64,000 nucleotides of DNA from Cenococcum geophilum (lineage: Eukaryota): the NCBI GenBank assembly GCA_050273025.1, contig CP158635.1, positions 14,942,001 to 15,006,000 on the forward strand, given 5' to 3'. A program made the translations under genes and the position numbers. This document shows positions 1 through 13,542 of the stretch, piece after piece. The notes below the pieces were generated by a model. The model did no database searches and was not told the DNA's origin. It saw nothing but the letters and a program-made list of their open reading frames with translations. How positions within the stretch are numbered: the first letter of the stretch is position 1; each line of letters begins with the position of its first letter.

Positions 1-859
1 CAGTTTGCCATGTCCGTCTATAGCGGCGGCCCTATAGGCCTACGGCTACGTCCTGTCCTCCTTAGATGTTCAAACTCCTTAGGAACCGCTACTTCCTTCT
101 CTAGCTTATCCTAGCTAGGGTTCACTACGTCCTAGCTAGGCCTTGCCGTTTAATTACTATACACTTGTGGTTGTATTCCATATTTTAACCACCCCCTATA
201 TACTATCTCTTGTTAACCATTATTATATACACTATGCCTTCCCCCCCCTAAGGCCTATCAAAGGCATAAGGGGGATTTATTTATAAACTACTATTATACT
301 AAAAGGCGAGCGGAACGTATATACCTAAGTATCTTTTATGCCTAGGCCCTAGTTACTAGGCCCTCGCCAAGGGTTACTACTCCTTAAGAGGAGATAGGAA
401 AACCGTACGGTATTATCTAAGCTGCTAGGTAGTATTTAATAGTTAATAGTAAGTAACCGTATACTCCGCGGGCGATTGCCCTAGGGGTTAGGAGGGGCCG
501 TATATTTACTCGTTGCTCATTTATTTACAATCACTCGTTTATTAACGTAAGAGGTCGTTAATACTCTCTACTAGGGGTTAGGGGATGTTATTAAATACCG
601 CGTATCTATATTAGATCGTATAGGTGCCTTAATAGGAGAATAGTGTTGCTGTTATTCATAAGGGGCACTTAGTAGTAGTTTTCGAGATCTCACCATCCCA
701 TATGAAAACTTTTCACTACCGCCCATAATACCCACCACTACCACTAGGTCGTATCGCACGCTGTACAACGTCTCTGCATTAGCTCTAAGTCTAAACTTTA
801 AAGACTTAGGTTCGTAGCCGTCACCACGTACAGGTGCAGAGTCCGTTTTTAACGGCTAA

Positions 860-1560
860 GTGTTTTTAATATATATATAGTTTATTAATTATATATTAAA
901 TAAATTATATTAAATTTTAATATACTTAAAATATATATATTTATATTATAAATAAAGTTTTTACATAATAAATTAAGGATATAAAATACTTTATTATAAG
1001 TAAAATTAAGTATAAAAAATATAATTAAGCTTATTATTATATCTAATATAATAATTGAAATTTTTTAGTATATATAAAAAGTAAGCTTCTTTATTTCAAG
1101 TTATAACCAATAATATTTTTCAACTTTTATTTTATAAATACTTTTATTTGTTATAGAATAAGCTATATTAAAAAAATTATATTAATTGCTATTATAGTAA
1201 TTAAGTTATAAGCATTTAAATATAATTTTTTTAAAATGATTTTTAGAACTATATATAAGCTAATTATATATATAAGCTAGTTACTAATATATTTAAAAAA
1301 AAAACTTACTTATATAATAAAACTAGATATATATATAATCTAGCTATATAGTAGCTTTATTATTAATATTATTAATATTATCAAGTTTTATTAAAAAAGT
1401 ACTTTTTTAACCTAATTTTAAGTATATATATTTTATAATATATTATAATATTTTTATATAAAATTATAGCTTTAGTATTTAATAAGCTATATTAAAAATT
1501 TTATAAAATTCTATTAAAAGGTTATTAAGTTATAGGTGGTATAAAAAGGTGTATTTAAGC
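860..1560. other. Extremely AT-rich, heavily RIP-degraded relic of unidentified origin
   Basis: Very low GC, TpA-saturated; no recoverable ORF or termini. Confidence 0.6.
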
Positions 1561-1623
1561 AAATTTTGGTAAGGAAAACCGTGCATTGAGTAGGACCGTG
1601 CACGCAGTGGTGAGGTACTCTAT

Positions 1624-1708
1624 TCTAACTTGATGAGGATGCATCTAACTTAATGAGGATGCATCTAACTTAATGAGGATGCATCTAACTTAATGAGGAA
1701 GCATCTAA
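1624..1708. repeat. Tandem 20-bp repeat, about 4 copies (TCTAACTTAATGAGGATGCA)
   Basis: Directly visible; followed by three GGGGGTGTA units at ~1721-1775. Confidence 0.9.
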
Positions 1709-1941
1709 ACCAAATGAGGTAGGGGGTGTATGCGTATTAATTGGGGGGTGTACGTGTATTGTTTAGGGGGTGTATAAATAGTGGCGACCTATTTTTTAAT
1801 TTAGAGGTATTAATAGAGTTAAGAGCTTCTAATTCTACTTCTAAAGCTATATTTTATATAATAATAAAGAAGAAGAAGGCAAATGAAAATTTATTTAGGG
1901 TATGCTAAGACTTATCGCAATAAGACACAATATATATCCTT

Positions 1942-4040
1942 TTTTTTTGTCCATTGTATTATACTATATACAATACTGCGCATACAGCCTTAGGCTATAG
2001 CGCTATAGTTCTATATACATAAATCCTTTCTAGGCAGCTTAATATATACTAGTAGCTATATCCTAGTAGTTTATAAACCCCTAAACTATAAGTTTATAGT
2101 TTCCTAGTAAAATACTAAGATACTACAACTACTAGGGAATGAGAAAATGGTAGGAAAAACTATAAGAAATCCTAACCCCTGTCCCTGTCCTTTTGCAATT
2201 TATTTCTATCCTTTTGCTCTCTAATATCTTTTACCTAAAAGCCTAGTAGGAGGTACCTCCTTCTAGAATCCTATTAATTTTTATTTTTCTATAGAATCTT
2301 CTACACTAGTACTATGTACTAGTTTAGCTACTTTAAGAACCTCGCAGTCTTTGCTATTAGCAAAGTGTTTTTCTTTACAATTGATGTAAAGAGGGGTAGT
2401 ATGCTTATAAGGCCTGCCCCCTACTATACAGGTAGGACAGACGTGGTCTTTAGATAGATATGCAGCCGCATAATATCTACAGGCCCTAGTAGAGCATCTG
2501 TCTCCTATATAGCCAAATTTTTGGCAGCTATTATACTGCGTAGTAGGAGAGACTTCGAGGTATTTTACTACCTTAGTAGCTGTACCTGCAATTGATATCT
2601 CTTTTTATTTAAGGATTTCTTGTCTTTTTTCTTCGTTCTCTATAGTAAAAACTATAGAGCTAAATCTGGTCTATGGATCGTATCTTTTTACACTAGATAA
2701 GATCCATCTAGGTAGTCCTTATATCCTTATAGGATTAAAAGTCTCAATTTCTTCTTTTAGAAGCTTAGAGCCTTCTTCTCCTAGGAAAGGTAAGGTAGGA
2801 ACCCTATGGGCTATAATTTAAACCCATAGTTCTAGTTTTTGCTCTCTTTAAAAGGTAAAGCAGTTATGCCAGATTTCCTTATATTTAACTAGGAAATCCG
2901 CATTATACTCTTCCGTAGTCGTAAGGAGAATATTTTATTTTCCTTTAGTTCTAGCTATGGATACTAAAACAGGTTTTTCTACTTGCAGTTTTGATGCAAA
3001 TAGTTAATTGACTTTGTTTCGTATAGAGAAGGTATCTAAAGGTTAGTCCTTTTGGTCCGTAATTAGGACTAGCTTTCTTTTTTATAGCTGCTTTTTCTTA
3101 CTTCTAGTAGAAGTAAAAGGAGTAGGAGGTGGTAGTGACGAGGAGGGTAGAGAGGACGAAGTAGGGAGGTCCTTCTTTAGCCTCTCTGCGTAGGTTTCTT
3201 TAGTAGGGGCTACCTCCTTACGGAGAGCTCTTACTTCTTCAACTAGTCCTTTTAGGACATCTTTTGTCTTTTTTTTTCCTTTTATAAAGGGATTTTCTCC
3301 TACTAGGATACTACGTGTATAGTCCTCTAGCTGTTTAACTTGTTCCTTTTTATCTTCTTCTTCTTCTTCTTCTAACCCTTTATAGGCCTGGGTTAGGCTA
3401 TCTAGAGCCTTTTATAGGTGTTATTCTGGAGAAAGGGAAGAGAAAGATATACTAGGTATACCAGCCGTAAAAGTTATTAGTTTAGTTGTCTTTTTTTATA
3501 GGTTTTTGGTTTTCTTTTTCAGTAGAAAACTAAGGATGTCCTCTTTTTTCTCCTGTCCCAAATAGGCCAGGAGAAGGAGAAGGGCCAGAAAAAGTGAATG
3601 TAGATATAGACTTATTATCACTTATTTCTATAGAAGGTTTCTTTTTAGGCCTACCGGGCCTTGGCATTTTGTGTCTTATAGGGGGGTTTTCCTAGTTTTT
3701 ACTATCCTTATACCTTTTCTCCTTACTAATCCTACTAGAAGATTTCTGGGGAGATTAGGCTAAGAGGTAGTAGAAAATCTAGCCTCTATATTTCGTGGTT
3801 TTGGTATTTAGTTTTGGTGTTCCTGTCCATACCTCGCTTATAAGCTAGGACCACCCCTAAGAAGAATTTTCTGTTGGGGGAAAGGGGGTAAAACGACAAA
3901 TAAATCCACCTCTAGCTCGCTAGGCAGTAGGAATTAAGTCTTAAAAGTTGGAAAATCGATTGTTTTTGATGGTAAGATGGGTATGCGTAAGTTTAGAAGT
4001 GTGGCGCTACCTTTTAGTAAGGTTGCATATGCGGTTTATT
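1942..4040 (-). mobile_element. Non-autonomous LINE (Tad1-like) derivative carrying only ORF1/gag
   Basis: Poly(T) at 1940-1948 (poly-A on minus strand); 13-bp TSD AATRTATATCCTT at 1929-1941 and 4041-4053; gag zinc knuckles; no room for endonuclease/RT. Confidence 0.8.
2282..3830 (-). pseudogene. LINE ORF1 (gag-like nucleic-acid binding protein), RIP-inactivated; start approximate
   Basis: De-RIPed translation near 2340-2550: QCNSCQKFGHIGDRC..CRYCAAAH..CINCKEKHFANSKDC, the triple Cys/His knuckle of fungal LINE ORF1. Confidence 0.8.
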
Positions 4041-5394
4041 AATGTATATCCTTATCGCGATAAGGATATCCATTGCGCCTTATCGCGATAAGATTTATCC
4101 AAAATAACCCTAAATAGTATACCTAATAATTACTAGCTAAAGCCGTAGGATTAATTATAGGATCCTACTAAGAAGTTTAAGGACATCTACTAAAGAGTAT
4201 AAGGATACCTTAAGGAATAGGAGGAGTAATAGAAGTATATAAAGCAGAGCATATAAAATACCTAAGAGCAGTAGAGACTTTAGTACTTTTAATATACTTT
4301 TAGGGCGCTTTTCCTAGTAGTGTAAGTGCTGTAAATCAGGATTAAATACTCTCTTACCCCCTAGCCCTACTCGTAAGCTCTATAGCTTTGCCCTTTTAAA
4401 ATACCCTAAGAGCTTATAATAAAGCTCTATTCTAAATTGCAAGTATATAAGAGGACGCTTGTTTATTATATGTAATTAATATAGCCTATAAGCATTTATA
4501 TAAGCTATGTTAATTAACTAGTAAAATAAGGGCTACTAAGTCCTAAAGGTAGGCTTATAAGTCTCGTACGCTTCCCTAAACTAATTTGCAAGATCTACGC
4601 CTTCTATATATTAATTATAATTATTAATAAAGCAAGAAATCTAAAGCTCTTTTATTGGGGAATCGCCGAATATACACCGGATGATTCGGCTATTTATTAA
4701 GGTCTTTATAGGATACCTTCTTTCCTTTACCTAAAAGTCCTCTGCCTCATCTATAGTATAGATATTACTTAAAGCTAGGATATTATTATTATCCTACTAA
4801 GCTAGGCAAAGTATATCCTAAACTACCGCCGTAAAAAGAGTATTCTATGCAAGCTTTATAGAGAATCGGTTCTTTACCTCTATTAAATCCTTAGGAAACT
4901 CCTTATATGGCCATATAGTACCTACTATTACGGACGCTTTAAGTACGATGTTACGACTACTTGGAGAGGAGTCGGAAGAAGCTAGTTAGTTAATTTAGGC
5001 ACGGTCTAGGATGGAACCGGTAGAACTATGTGACGAGGAATGGTAGCCGAGGTCATATAATGTGCTACGTAGTGTATAAAGGGAACGAGAGGAACTTACG
5101 TACCTTATATATAATACGTATATTACGTATAAGAAGGATTTTATAGGAGTACGGTTGTGTATTTAAGGACCCTTAGTCCCTACCTAGATAGTTTCTTCCT
5201 TGTAGTGATTCTCAGAATATAATTAGAGTTAATCTATTAGGCAACCACTCCACTAGTTATTATTACGTTGTTAACTTTTATTTGCATTACCTATACACCT
5301 AGCCTATTAACGAGCCTATTGTAGTACCTACTACAAGGTTCCGTTATATAATTACTACCTGGTTACGGTATTAAATACAGAGAAGTCGAATAAC

Positions 5395-8390
5395 ATGCCA
5401 CCAAAAGCAGCCACTATAACGCCATCGACGGCGGTAACTACTTTAAGGTTAGGTGACACTAGTATAGCAGATACTAACTTACAGCAACCTATAACGGTTG
5501 GACAACTATAAGAGATAGTTAACTAGCTGATAAAGAATAATGCGGCGCTTAAATAAAGGATTAATGGGATAGGAGCAGCGAAGATTAAATTACCTTTAAT
5601 TAAGAGATTCTTAGGAGAGAGATTAAAGCTTAAAGGATTTCTTACGCAAATGCACTTTAAGGTTATATAAGAAGGGGCGAAGCTACTAACACCTATGGAT
5701 CGAATAGCTTATGCGGGACTATTCCTATTAGGAAAGGCACTTAAGTGGTTTAAGCCTTACCTTATAGAAATATAGGCAAATAGAATAACGACCACTAATT
5801 AAGATATGCGGTTTATGTTCTTAAGTTAAGAAGGATTCGCGGAATAATTTATACAAATGTTTGGAGACCTGGAGGTAGTAACTATAGCGGAAAGAAAACT
5901 TTAAGATATTACGCAGCGAACCTTAGTAATTAAGTACATAATATAGTTCTAAACGCTAGCTATATAAGTTAAGTAGAATAATAGGGCGCTTATAGTATAG
6001 TATAAATAGGGACTTAAGGCTAAAGTCTAGGACGCGATTATTTTAATAGAAGATGCGGACACCCTACGGGAACTAATAGATTAAGTAATTAAGATTAATA
6101 ATTGAATCTACTAAAGGGAGCAGGCTAAGAGAGGCTAAGATAGAGTTTTATAGTTATATAAGGCGCAGAGTACGCATTAACTAAAGCTAAGTTAGAAATT
6201 ATGGTATAGCGTAGAGCTAATGGACCTAAGTGGTACTAAAGAAGCCTATAAAAGATAGAGTAAGAAACTATAAAAACCTAGAGGTTAAGGATCTAGTAAT
6301 TATAGGACTAAGGAGTAGAGGCTAAACCAGGGATCTTATTAGTAGAAGATGTTTAGGCGGACTCTATAGCAAAGTTAATGGTTTAGAAACGGAGCTTGTA
6401 TAAATTGCGGGAAATAAGGCTATTTCGCGAGGGATTATAAAGATAGTTAGAGTTACTATGTAATAAAGGGAACTAGATTAGCAGTAGAAGACATATACGT
6501 ATAGAGGGATAATAGTATACTGCGAGGAACAAAAGAATATTTAATCTAAAGTTTTGCGTTTTGTTATAACAACGCATACTAAATTTATAAAGACGCTAAG
6601 TATGGCGTAAGCTATTAGCTATAGGAGCTAAAATCTATAGAGTATAGAGGAACTAATAAACTAGTTTATAGATCGGATATTAAGGACGATGAATTTAATA
6701 TAGGCGAAATATTTTGTAACAATAAGGTAATAGAGGCGGTTTACTAGGAATACATAGCTATTAGAGATGTTATACTAGAGGTAGAGGATAATTCCACTAT
6801 AGAATAGGGAATATTAGTAGGGATCGAAACCCTACTAGATACGATATCTATCGCTTTGCGAGATATAAGAGAAGTAGAATAGAGAACTACTTCGGCACTT
6901 AATAAAGGCAAAAGGCTAAAGGCTTAAGATTTTTATAATGAAATAAGAGACGACTAAGATTCTTAAGACAAGATAAGGTAAGCTTAAGGACCTATAACGG
7001 ACAATAACCAATAGAGCAGAGTAGCAGCTTAGTTTAAGAATATATAAATAAGCTCGGGATAAGAGTTCCCAACGGCATAAGATTCTTAAGACGAGATAAG
7101 TGAGATTTAAGACTCTTAAGATGAGATAAGAATACTAAAGATGCCTAATAGGACTAAGGCGGGAGCTAAGCTTAAGTTAGAAGTAAGCTTAGGATTAAAA
7201 AATCTAAGGAGCTAAGAATTTGGAGTACGAATAAGAACACCTATAGGTAAAAAGTAAGCGGCTTCTTTATAGATTAGAGAATCTGCGATATAAACAGTAA
7301 CTAGACTAGGAGATAGATATATAGACCTAGAGGACTTACTAGGTAAATAAAGCGTTCAGCTTAAAGATTAAAAGTTTAATATAGAGATTAGGAAGTAGGA
7401 AGACTTTAAAAATCTACTTATAAGACGCAAAAGAAAAGAAACTATAGAGGAGTTTAGAGTAAGAATTACCTTATAGCAAGAGCAGAAACTAATTAAGAGA
7501 TTTAGTAGATTGGATTATATAAGGGACAGAGCACCTATATAAAGAATCACTAATAGGCCTAGAGCAGGTACACTAAGAGCTAAGTAGCTTACTAAACTGG
7601 AATAAGAAGAGAATCTAGGGATTCTAACTAGGTTTAAAGAACGACATATAAAGGGCTATTATAACGCAGTAATAAAAAGATACTTCCTTACGGACGAGCC
7701 GTATATACTTAAAGGGTTATACTAAAAGTGGTATAGACAACGACACAACGATAAGTGGGAAGATTTCTATATATAGTTGGACGAGAAAGTTGCCTAAGAC
7801 CACCTAATTATAGAAAAGGCTATAACTCACATTAAAGGAGCCTTAATTATAACATTAAAGGATCTAAAGGAGTAATTAGAGGACTAAAGAAGCGAGAGGC
7901 AAATTATAGTATCTATAAACGAAGTTGTAACGCTTAAATTAATATAAGAGAGGTTTAAACTTAAGGATAAAGACGAGCTAAGAGTTAACCTAAGACACTA
8001 AGCATATTATACATTGGCGTGGATTATACATGTGGATAATATATATAACATATATAGAGCACCTAAAGATAAAAACCGAAAATATCTAGTAAGGATGTAT
8101 TAGTTATTAGACGAGGCGAAATATTAAAACGCTAAGTATATACATAGTTGGTACCTAATAGAAGTTTAAAAATAAGGGGGCTTAATACTTTAACCAGAAA
8201 AATTCCTTATAGAAGAATGCCTAGATAGACGACAATGGTGGGAATGTTTAGAAAATACCTATCTATAGCATATTAAAGATAAGAAACGAACTAAGTATTA
8301 GCCGAAGTTAGACTAAGTATAAATAGGATCTAGTAGCCAATAGTTAGGAAAAGTAGAGGCCTACGGGACCAGAGGGAACTAGTAGTAGAG
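5395..8390 (+). pseudogene. Gag of copy A, unusually long (~1000 codons)
   Basis: ATG CCA CCA AAA at 5395; CINCGKxGHFARDC knuckle ~6397-6440; further W/F-x2-C-x4-C-x2-H motifs at ~6555, ~8017, ~8237. Confidence 0.75.
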
Positions 8391-11300
8391 CCTTAAACCC
8401 TTAAAGGAATTTAAGGACGACACCTAAATTTATAAATTAAGTAGTAAGATTAACAGTTTGAGGTACTAATAGATAGTGGAGCAATAAGGAACTATATCTT
8501 ACTAGCAGCAGTTAAGAGAATGGGACTACCTTATTGATAGAAGGAGCAACTTTACCTATTAGTTACGATTTTAGGAGATCTAATAGCCTATAGAGGAGGG
8601 ATTATTAACCTTAAAACAGGACCTATTTAGTTAACTATTAAAGGAAAACAGATTAAGATGTCTTTTAATATATTACTATTAGGGAATAATAAGGCAGTAC
8701 TAGGGATGCCTTAGTTACAGAAATACAATCTAAAGATTAATTGGATTATAGGTTAGGTCGATATTAGAGATACTTAACGCCATAAGATATAACAATAAGC
8801 CAAGCTGGTATAGTACTAAGTTAGAGCGATATATAAAGAAACCAAGAAAGGGTTAAGCTATGTACTAAAGAGATACTATAAGTACGGTAAGAAACTATAG
8901 TTACTAGAAAGTAAGAAGCTATTAGAGCATATAGCGTGGGACTATAAAATAGAGTTAGAACTAGAAATAAGTCCAAAATTCTTTCCAATCTATAAGCTTA
9001 CCAAAGAAGAAGGTAGAGCACTTAAAGAGTTTATCTAGGAAAACTTATAAAAGGGATATATTAGACTATCGCAGTTATTAGCGGGTTATCTAGTACTATT
9101 TATACTAAAGAAGAATAGCAAACTAAGGCTATATATCGACTATAGATAGTTAAATAGTATTACTAGAAAGGATAGGTATCCTTTACTATTAATTAGCGAA
9201 ATTTAGGATAGGATAGGCAATGCGCAAATCTTTATAAAGATAGATCTAAGATAGGCGTACTATTAGATTAGAATTAAGAAAGGCAATAAATAGAAGGCAG
9301 CCTTTAAGTTAAAGGAAGGACTGTATAAACTATTAGTTATACAATTCGGGCTTATAAACGTACTAGTAATATTCTAAAAGCGTATTAACAATGTATTAAA
9401 AGAATACTTAGATAAATTTGTTATAGTATACCTTAACAATATTATTATCTACTTAATAACTAAGGAAGAGTATAGAGAACACGTTAAATGGGTTTTAAAG
9501 AGACTATAAGAGGAATAGATGCTAGTAGTAATTGAGAAATGCGAGTTCTTTACTAGGAAGACCGATTTTATTAGATTTATTATTAAACTAGGCTAACTTA
9601 GTATAGATCTAAAGAAGATTAAGGCTATAGTAAATTAGCAAGAACTAGAGAACGTTACACAGTTAAGATTGTTTTTAGGGTTTTGCAACTACTGCAGAAG
9701 GTTTATAGCGCAATAGTTAAAGAATATTAAGCTATTTACGCGATTAATAAAGAAAGAAGAACTGTAAATATAGGGAAAGGAATAATAAGAACTATTTAAG
9801 GAAGTTAAAAGGTTGTTTACCTAGGAGCTAGTTCTTAAAATCTATTAATTAGGACTAGAGACGGTTATAGAGACAGATATATTAGACTTTATACTAGGGG
9901 TATATTTTATATAAAAGCATTAAGATGGATAGCACCTAGTAGTATACTATAGTTAAAAGATAACACCACCGGAGTTAAACTATAACATCTATAATAAGGA
10001 GTTGTTAGGTAGAGTTACAGTACTAAAGAAATAGAGAGCATTCTTATAAGGTATAGAGAAACTATTTATAGTTAAGACGGATTATAAAAACCTAATAGGA
10101 TTCCTAACAATAAAGGAACTTAACTAAAGATAGGTTAGATGGGCAGAGATACTTACAGAATACCATTTTAAGATTTAGTATACTAAGGGTATAGACAATA
10201 CGCAAGCCAATGCGTTAAGTTAAAAGGCTAAACTATAGAATAATAAAAAGCTATTAGGGGCTTTATTACAAAAAGATATAGACGGATTAATTAAATATAA
10301 TTATCCAAAAATCGCAGCAACTTAGGAAGATAAGTTAGAGAAAGTCTACGAGACACTAAAGAGCTTTTAGGTATAAAGAATTCTAAAAGCACAGCTAGAA
10401 GATCTATAGACGGATATATATAAAAATTAAGAAGTAAAGTATATCCTAAGAAGTATAGCAGAGTAGTTTATAGAGGACTTCTATAAGGGACTAACTTAAG
10501 GACATAACAGAGCTATAGGCTTAGTGTTAAGACTTTAAGAGGAGTATATTATTAACGGAATTTAGAGGATAGCTAGGAAGGTTATAAAGGAGTGTCTAGA
10601 TTGCTAAAGGAATAAACTAATAAGGTATAAGCCGTATAGAGGGCTATAACCTATTAAAATACTAAAGAGACTATAAGAGGTTATATTATAGGACTTTATT
10701 ATTAAGTTGCTAAAGTTAAAAAACCCTATTACTGGATAAGATTATAACGTAATCTTAGTAATAGTAGATAAGCTTATAAAGTGGGGATACTTTATAGTAT
10801 ATATAGAAGAAATCTTAGTGGAAGATATCGCTAAAATCTATATTAAAGAAGTATTTATAAGATATAGAGCACTAAGCAAAATTATATTAGATAGAGATTT
10901 AAGATTTATAATAGTATTCTAGGAGGTATTTTTAGTAGAATAAGGAGTTAGAGCAGTAACTTTTACTGTATATTATCCGCAGACAGACAGTTAAACGGAA
11001 AGATTAAATTAGACACTAGAACAGTATCTAAGACATTATATTAATTACGCATAGAATAATTAGGTATCATTACTACTAGTTATATAGTTTATATATAATA
11101 TAATACTATAAGAAGGAATAGGTATATTACCATTTAAGGCGAATTATGGATATAAGCTAAGGATATTATTATCGCTACGTTAAGTAAAGAAGATAAGTAG
11201 TATAGCTAAATAAAGAATGGAGACTTTAATAAATCTTTATAAGAACTTTATAAAAATAGCTAAGGTAGTATAATAGAGAATAAAAAAGTACTACGACGCT

Positions 11301-11760
11301 AAGAGATCTGAGGGACTAAATCTTAAGGAGGGAGATAAAGTATAGCTACTATATAAAAATTTTAAGAGTTAATAACTAAGTAAGAAGTTGGACTATGTTA
11401 GACTAGGACCTTTTAAAATTATTTAGAGGATTTTACTAGTTATATTTAAGTTAAACCTACTAGCTAAAATAAAGATCTACCCTATATAGCATATTGTAAT
11501 GCTAGAGCTAGCATATAGGAATATTAAGCTATTGGTTTATAAAGTAAACAAGTATAAAGGACAGGAAGAAGACAAATAGCAAGTTTTAAGGATTATTAGT
11601 TATAAGGACGTTAACAATAAAACATAGTACGAGGTTAAGTAGATAGGCTATAATAAGACTACCTAGGAACTACTAGAAAATTTAAAGAATACTATAGGAA
11701 AGGTATAGGAGTATTAGAAGAAAATAGGTTAGGTAATATTAATAAAGAAGGATCGCTAAA
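8345..11760 (+). pseudogene. Pol of copy A (protease, RT, RNase H, integrase, chromodomain)
   Basis: LIDSGA ~8467; LRLCIDYR ~9123; YLNN (RIPed YLDD) ~9429; YHPQTDGQTERLN ~10970; chromodomain-like segment ~11570-11720. Confidence 0.9.
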
Positions 11761-12343
11761 GAATGAGTTACCTAAGGGGGACCTAGAAAGAGCGACTACT
11801 AAACTACTTAAAGTTGTTTCCTTTACTATAGGACAAGAGTCGGTTCTTTTATTACTAAGTTCCTATAGACCCTATTCTATAAGCTTCTACTCCTTAAAAT
11901 AGACCTTCTTACGTACTTTCTTAAGATAAAGTAATTAAGTAGACGCCATAATATAAGTATTTAAGGCCTTTTGTTCTATATCCTAAGAACGCTTAAGCTC
12001 TATAAAAGCCTACGCTAGATTACTATTAAGCTTTACAGTAGTAGATTAAATATAAGACCCTATAATAAATTACTTAAGGAATATAAAGACTACTAAGAGT
12101 TATAGGATGTGTATACTTAGCGTTAGAAGTAGAACGAACGTTATAAGAGGAACGAATGTTTGCTTTAGTACACTTTAAATAAGAAGAGGGCTGTTAAGAC
12201 AAAGGACTCGCTAACGCGACGTAAACTAACCCCTCTTTCGCACAATAAGAATATGGAGATAGTATAATTTCACCTAGTAATAATATAGTAGTAATAGTGC
12301 GAGTATAACATTACGCGCGTAAAGAAAAAGATACTTTAGGTAT
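11740..12343 (-). pseudogene. Antisense accessory ORF (Zn2Cys6-like + coiled coil) of copy A
   Basis: Homologous to 13543-14147 in copy B; second Cys codon (TGT) intact here. Confidence 0.6.
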
Positions 12344-13542
12344 AATAAGTAAAGATATTAACTAAATTAATTAGACGGATATTACACCTCTAGTAAATAA
12401 TTTAGAGATATTAGGAATCTTTAAGGACGAAGATAAAAAGGAGGGAGATAGTGTTACGGACGCTTTAAGTATAATATTATAACTACTTAGAGAGGAGTTA
12501 GAAGAAGTTAGTTAGTTAATTTAAGCACGGTTTAGGATAAAACCGGTAGAACTATATAATAAGGAATAGTAGCCAAGGTTATATAATGTGCTATATAGTA
12601 TATAAAGGGAACGAGAGAAACTTATATACCTTATATATAATACGTATATTATATATAAGAAGGATTTTATAGGAGTACGGTTGTGTATTTAAGGACCCTT
12701 AGTCCCTACCTAGATAGTTCCTTCCTTATAGTAATTCTTAGAATATAATTAGAGTTAATTTATTAGGCAACCACTCCACCAGTTATTATTACGTTGTTAA
12801 CTTTTATTTATATCACCTATACACCTAGCCTATTAACGAGCCCATTATAGTACCTGCTATAAGGTTCCGTTACACCTATAGCACTAAATTTATAAGCTTG
12901 TAGCTCTAAAAATAGGGGTATTAATATAAAGTAGTTGTCTATATATATTATAAGGTAACGGCATAGGAGGGAAAGCGTAAGATTGCGTATAAGACACCTT
13001 ATATTTATAAGGGTTATATAATAAAGCCTTATAGTAGGAACTACGGTAGACTTATTAATGGGCTAGGTATATAGGTAAATAGGAAGTTAACAACGTAATA
13101 ATAACTAGTGGAGTAGTTGCCTAATAGATTAACTCTAATTATATTCTAAGATTTACTATAAGAAAAGAACTATCTTAGTAGGGACTATAGTCCTTTAAAT
13201 ACACAACTATACTCCTAAGAAATCCTCCTTATATATAATGTACGTATAGTACGTAAGGTATATAAGTTCCTTATATCCCTCTTATTTAGTACGTAGTATA
13301 TTATATAACTTTAGCTACTATTCCTTATTATATAGCTTAATTAGTTTTATTCTAGACTATACCTATATTAACTAACTAGCTTCCTTTAACTCCTCTCTTA
13401 ATAGTTATAATATTATACTTAAAGTGTCTGTAATACTATCTCCCTCCTCTTTATCTTTATCCTTAAAGATTTCTAATATTTTAAGTTATCTACTAGAGGT
13501 ATAATGTCCGTCTAATTAATTTGGTTAATATTGTTACTTATT

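Larger units (their letters stand above)
1896..4113. mobile_element. Small fold-back/MITE-like palindrome (~110 bp when reconstructed), split by the LINE-derived insertion
   Basis: Ends TAGGGT...ACCCTA; three CTTATCGCGATAAG palindromes arranged symmetrically once 1942-4053 is removed. Confidence 0.55.
4926..12874 (+). mobile_element. Ty3/Gypsy chromovirus, copy A (full length, RIPed)
   Basis: 423-bp LTRs 4926-5348 and 12452-12874; TSD CCTAC/CCTAT; PPT 12430-12451; gag then PR-RT-RH-IN-chromodomain motifs. Confidence 0.95.

Noticed and set aside
1..830. RIPed sequence at the window start
   Set aside because: No termini or protein motif could be assigned
1180..1270. Possible HNH-type AHIVP motif on the minus strand of the AT-rich block
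   Set aside because: Too degraded; needs too many reversions to be credible
1624..1708. CRISPR-like array
   Set aside because: Contiguous tandem repeats without spacers; eukaryotic context
3960..4040. Ribozyme at the 5' end of the gag-only LINE
   Set aside because: Only a weak ATATGC/GCATAC pairing; no P1/P3/L3/J4-2 arrangement found
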